From the NCBI GenBank assembly GCA_037439645.1, contig JBBIVQ010000007.1:9029-73028 (forward strand): a stretch of DNA of 64,000 bases. The letters run 5' to 3'. Below are positions 57,185 through 64,000 of this stretch, one piece after another. A program made the position numbers and the translations under genes. The notes beneath the pieces are model-generated. The model worked only from the letters and a program-made list of their open reading frames with translations. It was not told where the DNA came from and did no database searches. The stretch's first letter is position 1. The number at the start of each line of letters is the position of its first letter. The stretch comes from Deltaproteobacteria bacterium (GTDB lineage Bacteria; Desulfobacterota; Deferrimicrobia; Deferrimicrobiales; Deferrimicrobiaceae).

Positions 57185-58065
57185 AAAGGAACGTATTACG
57201 CGCACTGTTCGCGGTCGGCTGGGTGGTCCTGTCGCTCGCGGCCGCGAATTGCCACGGAATCGAAAAAGAATCCGGCAGGCTTCACAAGCCGGCCGGGGAG
57301 GAAACGGGGATGAGCGCACAGGCGGAGTTGGAACGCCTTCTCGCGGATGGGGATTTTCGGGCGGTCGAGGCGGCCGCCGCGATGGGCGATGCCGCTGCTC
57401 CCGCCCTTCGAAAGGGCGCGGGGATGCCGGGGTACCGGTCGCGACAGGTCGCGATGGCGTGCGCCGGGAAGATCGGAGGGGACGTCGCGGGGGAGATCCT
57501 CGCCCTCGGGTTGAAGGACGGGAACGTCAACGTGCGGGTGACCGCGGCGGGGCAGCTGTCCGTGAATCCCCCCGAATACGCGAAGGATGCGGTCCTTTCG
57601 ACGCTGGTCCGAAGCACCGAGACGGATGTCCGGGAGATGCTCGCGTATTCCGCGGGGTATTTCCCCGGAGAACGGACAATCGCCGTCCTTCGATCGGTCG
57701 CTTCCGGAAAAGAGGTCCTGGCCTCGAACGCAAGGTTGGCGCTGGCACGGCTGGGAGACCCGGCAGGCAGGGATGCCGTCCTGAACGACCTCGCCTCTCC
57801 CGATCCGCTGGTCCGGTACGATACCTTGGGCGGCTTGCGGTACGTGAACGACCCGTCGCTGGCGGATCGCGTCAAGCCCCTGCTGCTCGATACGAAGGAG
57901 GCGCAGGCGATCGGCCCGGGAGGCGGGTGGAGGCATCGCCGGGTTTGCGACCAGGCGGTCGACACGCTGGTGTATCTGTTGAAACTGAAGGTCCCGTTTC
58001 CGACGGGCGAGGAAACGATCTACACCGAGGAACAGTTGCTCCACGTTCGGGACCTGACCCGGTAA
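57181..58065 (+). CDS. periplasmic HEAT/PBS-lyase-repeat protein; candidate immunity protein
   Basis: GTG start overlapping the peptidase stop. Signal peptide VKRNVLRALFAVGWVVLSLAAANCHG. Repeats of the form LALGLKDGNVNVRVTAA and DPLVRYDTLGGL. Confidence 0.55.
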   Translation: MKRNVLRALFAVGWVVLSLAAANCHGIEKESGRLHKPAGEETGMSAQAELERLLADGDFRAVEAAAAMGDAAAPALRKGAGMPGYRSRQVAMACAGKIGGDVAGEILALGLKDGNVNVRVTAAGQLSVNPPEYAKDAVLSTLVRSTETDVREMLAYSAGYFPGERTIAVLRSVASGKEVLASNARLALARLGDPAGRDAVLNDLASPDPLVRYDTLGGLRYVNDPSLADRVKPLLLDTKEAQAIGPGGGWRHRRVCDQAVDTLVYLLKLKVPFPTGEETIYTEEQLLHVRDLTR

Positions 58066-58072
58066 ACGCACG

Positions 58073-58939
58073 ATGCCCTGGCCCCCGAACGACATGTTCG
58101 TCCAGTTGGCCAAGATGAATTTCGTCGCCAAGGGGATCAAGCTCCCGGTCGATTGGAAAGAGATGACGGACAAGATCACCGATCCTTCGAACCGTGCGGG
58201 GCGCGACATGTACCCCGAGGCGTTCAAGCCCCACGAACGGACGGTTCCGCCGAATTCTCCCATGAACCTGTTCCGTGAAGCGACCGCGAACAAGTACCAT
58301 GTCGGAACGGCGAAGGAGATAGGGGAACAGTACGCGAAGTTCATCGAGGGGATCTGTGGAGCGATCTCCTCGGCCATCGGCCAGTGGTTGAGCGCCGCCA
58401 CGGTCGTCGGCGTGAACATCGTCGGGCCGGTCGGCATTCTTCACCCGGGCTGCGTGGTCGGTCCGCCGCTCATCCCCCTGATCCTTTCGTCCGCTCCCAA
58501 GGCGACCCCGATGGAACTGAAGTTTTCGATGGCCGTCGCGAACGCGCTCGGGACGATGTGGCTCCCGTGGCACATCGGCCTGGCCGGCGTCATCATGTAC
58601 CCCGCCTTCGCCGCGGTGCCTGCGCCGGTGGCGCCTCCGATGCCGAACGTCCCCGTCCCGCTCGTCGCGTGCGCCTCTCCGGGCGAGGCGGGACTCTCTC
58701 CGTCGACGCTGAAAGCGCTGATGGATGCGAACCTCGCCGACCCGACCGCGCTGCACGCATCGGACCTGTTCGACGCGATTTCGAAGGCGTTCAACACGGT
58801 GTTCCTGATGTTCAAGGGGACGACCCTGGTGAAAAACGTGATCGGCACGGGGCCGGTTCCCACGTTCGCGCCTCCGGTCGTTCCGGTCGGTCCCGTCCTG
58901 GGCGGGATCGGGAACGGCCCACCCGGGTGCCTCTCCTGA
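58073..58939 (+). CDS. hypothetical protein (288 aa) in T6SS cargo region
   Basis: GC3-rich ORF with no recognised domain. Hydrophobic central segments (VVGVNIVGPVGILHPGCVVGPPLIPLIL). Confidence 0.45.
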   Translation: MPWPPNDMFVQLAKMNFVAKGIKLPVDWKEMTDKITDPSNRAGRDMYPEAFKPHERTVPPNSPMNLFREATANKYHVGTAKEIGEQYAKFIEGICGAISSAIGQWLSAATVVGVNIVGPVGILHPGCVVGPPLIPLILSSAPKATPMELKFSMAVANALGTMWLPWHIGLAGVIMYPAFAAVPAPVAPPMPNVPVPLVACASPGEAGLSPSTLKALMDANLADPTALHASDLFDAISKAFNTVFLMFKGTTLVKNVIGTGPVPTFAPPVVPVGPVLGGIGNGPPGCLS

Positions 58940-58963
58940 CATGGCAGGCGCGGAGGAAAGACC

Positions 58964-59995
58964 TTGAAGATCGGGAACGAGACTCCCTTCGAAGCGGAGG
59001 CGCTTCCGTTCCTCGATGGGGAAGGGAAGCCGTTCCTGACGGTCGTCGTGAAGGGGACGTTCGCGATCGTTCCCGAAGGCGTCGCCGCGGTGGACGGCGC
59101 GCAGATCCCGATCCTGTACGGGGACGAACACACCGACCCGGAAAAGGGAGGGAGCCCGAAGTTCGAGGCGGACACGGCCCCGTTCAAACCGAGGGCCGAT
59201 GTTCTCCTGGTCGGCAAGGCGCACGCGCCGGGGGGGAAACCGGTGCGTTGGCTGGACGCCGGGCTTCGCGTCGGGGCGTTGCAAAAGGTCGTTCGCGTCT
59301 TCGGGGATCGCGCGTGGATCTCCGGAGCGGGGAAATTATCCGCTCCCGTGTTCACCGATCCGGAGCCGTTCACGGAGATGCCGCTGGTCTACGAGAGGGC
59401 GTTCGGCGGGATAGATGCGGAGTCCGGCGGATTCTGCGCGGAGAACCCGGTCGGATGCGGTTTCTATACGAGGAAATCGCCTGCCAGGATCGACGGGGCG
59501 CCGCTTCCGAACATCGAGCACGCATCCAGGCCGATCCGTTCCTGGACCGACCATCCGGGACCTGCGGGGTTCGGCTGCGTCGCGAAGGGATGGGCTCCGC
59601 GGGTCCGCCATTCGGGAACATACGACGAGACGTGGGAGAGGGAGCGATCCCCACTCCCTCCGGCCGACTTCCGGTACGACTTCTACAACGCCGCTCCCCC
59701 CGAACTCCAGGTAGAAGGGTATCTCCGGGGGGACGAGGAGATCCTCCTGCTGAACCTCGAGAAGGACGGAAAAGTCCGTTTCCGGTTGCCGGGGATCGCA
59801 CCGGCGGCCACCATCGAAAAGACGGAGCGTTGGAGCGGACCGTCGTGGAACGAGCCGGCGCCCATGCGCCTCGACACCCTTTGTCTCCTGCCGGAAGAGG
59901 GGCGATTATTCCTCGTGTGGCGGGGACGCTGTCCCCTGGCGGACCTCTCCGCTCTGGAGGTGGAGACCGTGCGCGTCGTCGCGGCAATTCCATGA
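58964..59995 (+). CDS. DUF2169-family protein (T6SS adaptor-associated family)
   Basis: TTG start after a GGAGGAAAG RBS. MKIGNETPFEAEALPFLDGEGKPFLTVVVKGTFAI is the characteristic DUF2169 N-terminus, a family found next to vgrG/PAAR cargo genes. Confidence 0.7.
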   Translation: MKIGNETPFEAEALPFLDGEGKPFLTVVVKGTFAIVPEGVAAVDGAQIPILYGDEHTDPEKGGSPKFEADTAPFKPRADVLLVGKAHAPGGKPVRWLDAGLRVGALQKVVRVFGDRAWISGAGKLSAPVFTDPEPFTEMPLVYERAFGGIDAESGGFCAENPVGCGFYTRKSPARIDGAPLPNIEHASRPIRSWTDHPGPAGFGCVAKGWAPRVRHSGTYDETWERERSPLPPADFRYDFYNAAPPELQVEGYLRGDEEILLLNLEKDGKVRFRLPGIAPAATIEKTERWSGPSWNEPAPMRLDTLCLLPEEGRLFLVWRGRCPLADLSALEVETVRVVAAIP

Positions 59996-60011
59996 CACGA
60001 AGGGAGTCCGC

Positions 60012-60791
60012 ATGAGGACGATCTGGTTGACCTCTCTCGGCCGGTCCGAGGAAAACGTGAAGAAGGTGGTTGCCCTCCTGAAGCCGTACGGTGTCCCGGT
60101 CCAGGGCCATTTCTGGGTCGATGACCTGCCGAAGATCGCCTGGATGGCCCCCCGCGAGGAGATGATCAAGTCCGACGTGGCCGCCTGGGTGATCCTCGCC
60201 ACGGCGGAGACGTTCGCTGCCCCCTCGGTGCGTCGCGGTCTTTCCCTCCTTGCGATCACGGTGCAGGCGAAAAAGGGGCTTTCGTTCCCCATCGTTCTTC
60301 TCGCGGAGGGTGGGGGAGCGCCGCCCGCGCCGCCGTTTCCCACGCCGCTCGCGGGAGCGGAAATCCTGTCGGCGGCGGACCCGGGGCTGGCGGCGAAGAT
60401 CGTCGCGATGCTCCACACACCGCGCAAGGACCCGGCGGCGGAATACCGGATCGACGTGTACGGGAGCACGCATATCGGTCTCTGGTTCGAGGTGGGTCCC
60501 CGGGTCGGCCGGTGGGATGGTGCGATGTTCGGCGTCGCCGGAAGCGAGATCCTCTTCCACGGGAGCGGGCCGATGGAGATGCTCCCGGCGCAATGCACTC
60601 TCGAATGGCCGGTGAAGGGGATGAAACTCTCCCACGGTGACCGGGAGTACGAGGCGTGGGGTGTCCGGAACGGGTTCGAATCCCGCAGTTCGTATTTCGT
60701 GAAGGTCAAGGAGTGCCCCGAGTCGGTCCTCTTCGGTCCCTTTCCCGCGGAGGGGGAGGCCGCCGATTTGTACGTGGTCGCGCTAACCTGA
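60012..60791 (+). CDS. hypothetical protein (259 aa)
   Basis: MRTIWLTSLGRSEENVKKVVALLKPYGVPVQGHFWVDD... has a Rossmann-like/TIR-like N-terminal feel, but there is no confident assignment. Confidence 0.45.
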   Translation: MRTIWLTSLGRSEENVKKVVALLKPYGVPVQGHFWVDDLPKIAWMAPREEMIKSDVAAWVILATAETFAAPSVRRGLSLLAITVQAKKGLSFPIVLLAEGGGAPPAPPFPTPLAGAEILSAADPGLAAKIVAMLHTPRKDPAAEYRIDVYGSTHIGLWFEVGPRVGRWDGAMFGVAGSEILFHGSGPMEMLPAQCTLEWPVKGMKLSHGDREYEAWGVRNGFESRSSYFVKVKECPESVLFGPFPAEGEAADLYVVALT

Positions 60792-60870
60792 TGAACGCGA
60801 AGGGCAATTTGTATTGGCGGACGGGATATGGTATCCAAGTAGGGAAAAACCACGCCAGGAAGGACGACCG

Positions 60871-61635
60871 ATGAACCCGGATGCGATCGCCAGGAAAAAC
60901 CTCGACAACGCCGAGTTCGTGCAACTTCGTCGCGCGACCGACAAGATCGCGTCCTTCCTGAACAAGCGCCTGTCGGGCCACCTCGATGTCCTGAAATCCC
61001 TCTTCATCGCGCGTGCGCTTCTCGGTTCGTACGTCAAAAGCGCTTCGATGGAGGACGTGCCGGTATCCGACAAAGCGTTCGCCGACCTTCAGGAACGGTT
61101 CGCGGCGGTTTGCGAGAAGCCGTTCGGTCTCCCGAGGAAGCTCCAGACGCCCCTGCCTCCGATCGCGACCCAGATCGACGCGTCCCCCTTTCGGTATTCG
61201 CTCGCGATCCCCGGGGAGGCGAAACCGGTTGTCGTCTCCTCACCGACCCGATGGGTCCTGTCGTACCGGGGGGAGTGCCCGCTTTCGCGGATCCGTTCGA
61301 TGGTCGCGGGAACCGAGTCCCGCGTTCCCGACGAGATGCGGCAAGGATTGCTCAACCATATCGCGTTGGTGGTCTACCTGAAATATTTCCCGACGGTGGG
61401 GCAGCTCCTCTCGGACCTGCGGTACAGCGTGGAAGTCGAAACCTTGCCGGACCTCGGAGGGCTCCCGGTGGTGATCCTCACCGCGCCGCTTCCCACGTTC
61501 CTGCCTGCGGACGATTTCATACAGCAAGTCACCCAGCTCTCGGGGATCGCCGCGTTCCAGGAGATCATCGACCGCGAGGCGATCGATCGGATCCCCGATC
61601 TGTTGAAGGATTCGCTCCGCAACCTCCTCTCCTGA
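60871..61635 (+). CDS. hypothetical protein (254 aa)
   Basis: ATG at 60871 with an AGGAAGGA RBS. No recognised domain. Confidence 0.45.
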   Translation: MNPDAIARKNLDNAEFVQLRRATDKIASFLNKRLSGHLDVLKSLFIARALLGSYVKSASMEDVPVSDKAFADLQERFAAVCEKPFGLPRKLQTPLPPIATQIDASPFRYSLAIPGEAKPVVVSSPTRWVLSYRGECPLSRIRSMVAGTESRVPDEMRQGLLNHIALVVYLKYFPTVGQLLSDLRYSVEVETLPDLGGLPVVILTAPLPTFLPADDFIQQVTQLSGIAAFQEIIDREAIDRIPDLLKDSLRNLLS

Positions 61636-61691
61636 TAAGATGGCGTTGCGGTACGTGCCGTCCCTGATCACACCGTAGGGAAGAAGGGAAC

Positions 61692-63491
61692 ATGCCCAAT
61701 TTCCAGCCGACCCGATTCGGGAAATATCTCCTCCTCGAAAAACTCGCGACGGGCGGGATGGCCCAGTTGTACCGGGCGAAGATCATCGGCGTCGAGGGGT
61801 TCGAGAAGTTCATCGCCATCAAGCAGATCCTTCCCCATCTCGCCCACGAGGAGGAGCTGATCACCTCCTTCATCGACGAGGCGAAGCTGGCCGCCCTCCT
61901 GAACCACCAGAACATCGTGCAGATCTACGATTTCGGCTCCATGGAAAATTCGTACTTCATCACGATGGAGTTTCTTCACGGGAAGGACCTTCGCGGAGTC
62001 AATGCGAAGGCGAAAGAGAAGGGGATCCCGATCAGCCTCGAAAATTCGCTGTTCCTGATCTCCAAGGTGTGCGCCGGGCTCGATTACGCCCACAAGCTGA
62101 AGGATTTCCAGGGGAAATCCCTGAACATCATCCACCGGGACATCTCCCCCCAGAACGTCTTCCTCACCTACCAGGGGGACGTCAAGATCGTGGACTTCGG
62201 GATCGCCAAGGCGGCGAGTCAGAGCACGATCACCCAGGTCGGGATGATCAAGGGGAAGGTCGCGTACATGTCGCCGGAGCAGGCGGCGGGGAAAGTGATC
62301 GACCACCGGTCCGACATCTTCGCCACGGGGATCCTCCTCTATGAACTGGTCGCGGGCGGCCGCATGTTCAAGGGGGACGACACCCTCCAGATCCTGTCGA
62401 AGGTCCGGGATGCCGATTTCACTCCGCTCGGGACGTTGAAGGGCGGGCTTCCCGAAAAATTGTACGACATCGTCGAGAAGGCGCTCGCCAAGGAGCCGGA
62501 AAACCGGTACCAGTCGTGCGGCGACATGCAGGCCGATATCGAAGAGTGCATCTTCCGGCTCAACTTGAGGCCTTCCGGTCGCACCCTGGCCGACTACCTC
62601 GGGTTGCTGTTTGCCGAAGAGATCGAGGCGGAAGGGAAACGGATGGCCGACACCGCGGAGGCGGGGGCGGTGAGCGACCGGGCCCGCGACGCGGAAGCGG
62701 AGCGACGGGCGGCAGCCGTCCCTTCGGCGCCGCCTCCTCCCGCCGACAGGTCGGAGACGCCACCCCCGTCTCCGCCGAAGCCCGCGCGAAATACCGCGAC
62801 TGCGTCGAGCGAACCTGCCAAGGGCGGGAAAAAAGGAATTTTCGCCGCCGTCGCGGGGGTGGCCGTAGCCGCTCTTCTCGCCGGCGGATACCTGCTGACG
62901 GGGAAGGGAAAGGAGACGGCCGGCACGGCCGCGACGGCAACGGCAACGGCGACGAGCCCTTCGGCTGCGGTCCCGGCGGTCCCCTCGTCTCCCCCTCCCG
63001 CCGCGGCGAAGGCGGCACCCGCGCCGTCACCGTCCGCGGAAGCGTCGGAACTTGTGCGGAAAGGCACGGGACTCGTCGAGTCGAACCCGGCGGAGGCGAA
63101 GTCCATCCTCCTGCAGGCGATCGCGAAGGATCCGCGGAGCGTCCAGGGACATTTCCAGCTCGGACACGCCTACGTGAAGATGAAAGAGTACCCGGAAGCG
63201 CTCGCCGCTTACGCGAAGGCGGGCGAGGTCGACCCGAAGTTCGCGGACGCCTTCTTCAATATGGGCTACGTTCACGCCGTCCGGAAGGAGTACGCCAAGG
63301 CGGAGGGGATGTACGAGAAGGTGGTCGCGCTCTCCCCCATGTACCTTGACGAAGCGTTGTACAACCTCGGGATGATCCAGGAAAAGATCGGAAAGCGGAA
63401 GGAGAGTCTCCGGAACATCGAGAAGGCTCTGTCGATCAATCCCGGAAACGAACCGGCGAGGAAAGCCCTCGCCAGGTTGAAGGGGAAATAG
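61692..63491 (+). CDS. Ser/Thr protein kinase with C-terminal TPR repeats
   Basis: Hanks-type kinase: GKYLLLEKLATGGMAQLYRA, AIKQI, HRDISPQNVFL, DFGIAKA, SPEQ. Then a Pro/Ala-rich linker, a TM segment and TPR repeats (AYAKAGEVDPKFADAFFNMGYVH...). Confidence 0.85.
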   Translation: MPNFQPTRFGKYLLLEKLATGGMAQLYRAKIIGVEGFEKFIAIKQILPHLAHEEELITSFIDEAKLAALLNHQNIVQIYDFGSMENSYFITMEFLHGKDLRGVNAKAKEKGIPISLENSLFLISKVCAGLDYAHKLKDFQGKSLNIIHRDISPQNVFLTYQGDVKIVDFGIAKAASQSTITQVGMIKGKVAYMSPEQAAGKVIDHRSDIFATGILLYELVAGGRMFKGDDTLQILSKVRDADFTPLGTLKGGLPEKLYDIVEKALAKEPENRYQSCGDMQADIEECIFRLNLRPSGRTLADYLGLLFAEEIEAEGKRMADTAEAGAVSDRARDAEAERRAAAVPSAPPPPADRSETPPPSPPKPARNTATASSEPAKGGKKGIFAAVAGVAVAALLAGGYLLTGKGKETAGTAATATATATSPSAAVPAVPSSPPPAAAKAAPAPSPSAEASELVRKGTGLVESNPAEAKSILLQAIAKDPRSVQGHFQLGHAYVKMKEYPEALAAYAKAGEVDPKFADAFFNMGYVHAVRKEYAKAEGMYEKVVALSPMYLDEALYNLGMIQEKIGKRKESLRNIEKALSINPGNEPARKALARLKGK

Positions 63492-63494
63492 GCG

Positions 63495-64000
63495 ATGACA
63501 GGCGCGCGCTGCGGAGACCCGCTCCGTTTCATGAACATCGTCATTTTATCGGGGGGGATCGCCCTGTGGTCTTGCCTCGGCTGTGCGGCGAAGAAAGCCG
63601 ATATTCCACCCCCCTCTCCCTCGTCACAGCCCCAGGTGCGGCCGGAATCGCCGGGAGCCGTTCCGCCACCGGCCGTTCCGGGGCAGTCCCCGGCGTACAG
63701 GGGAAGCGCGCCCGGTGGGTCGCCGCCCCCTGCGGAAAGGGGCGTCGGGCAGCAGCCGGTGGATCTACGTTCGGGGCCCATGCTCGTTCACAAGGTCAGG
63801 TACCCGGGAGAGTCGGTTTCCATCATTGCCGGTTGGTACACCGGCGAGATCGATAACTGGAAGATCCTTGCGGAAGTGAACCCGGGCATCAATCCGAATG
63901 TGATACATGAAGGAATGGTGATCAACATACCGGAATCCATCTTGAAAAAGAGGGATCCGATGACGAAAGAATACGTGGACAGTTTCTATCCGAAGTTGAA
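63495..64000 (+). CDS. LysM-domain lipoprotein, 3' partial (continues beyond window end)
   Basis: Signal/lipoprotein-like IVILSGGIALWSCLGC, Pro-rich linker, then LysM (HKVRYPGESVSIIAGWYTGEIDNWKILAEVNPGINPNVIHEGMVINIP). Confidence 0.55.
   Translation, partial: MTGARCGDPLRFMNIVILSGGIALWSCLGCAAKKADIPPPSPSSQPQVRPESPGAVPPPAVPGQSPAYRGSAPGGSPPPAERGVGQQPVDLRSGPMLVHKVRYPGESVSIIAGWYTGEIDNWKILAEVNPGINPNVIHEGMVINIPESILKKRDPMTKEYVDSFYPKL

Noticed and set aside
60668-60692. tRNA-like T-arm sequence ACGGGTTCGAATCCCGCA
   Set aside because: No complementary acceptor stem or D/anticodon arms in the flanks. It lies in-frame inside a GC3-rich ORF (…GVRNGFESRSSYF…). Coincidental match to the GGTTCGAATCC consensus.

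Overview
This is high-GC (roughly 65-70% by eye) bacterial chromosomal DNA. The gene content suggests an anaerobic Gram-negative organism with an outer membrane, possibly Desulfobacterota/Myxococcota/Acidobacteria-like; taxonomy cannot be resolved from sequence alone. Long overlapping ORFs on both strands are common GC artefacts and were largely ignored.

The first ~27 kb is housekeeping and signalling genes:
- ACT-malic enzyme (5' end beyond the window)
- acyl-CoA synthetase
- an AMMECR1 / REC-HD-GYP / ychF tandem on the minus strand
- a ydbH/ydbL-like envelope pair
- a DUF95 membrane protein
- a lower-GC metallophosphoesterase with an unknown N-domain
- lemA plus two TPM-domain genes
- a receiver-domain::LpxC fusion
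- a 3-methyladenine glycosylase and a hydrolase
- a TRAP transporter next to iorAB and paaK
- a FecR-like / OmpA-like / CHASE2-HD-GYP operon (minus strand) with a second FecR-like paralog elsewhere.

From ~28 kb to ~60 kb lies a complete type VI secretion system locus. The order is tssJ-tssK-tssL-tssM-tagF-tssA-tssB-tssC-hcp-tssE-tssF-tssG-clpV-vgrG. Two uncharacterised genes precede it. A cargo region follows it, containing:
- three paralogous LysM / peptidoglycan-binding proteins
- a 1166-aa orphan protein
- a PAAR protein
- an HExxH metallopeptidase with a signal-peptide HEAT-repeat partner (candidate effector/immunity pair)
- a DUF2169 adaptor and several unknowns.

The locus ends with a Ser/Thr kinase-TPR and a LysM lipoprotein that runs off the window.

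Small repeated intergenic motifs occur in three or two copies. No rRNA, tRNA or CRISPR arrays were found.
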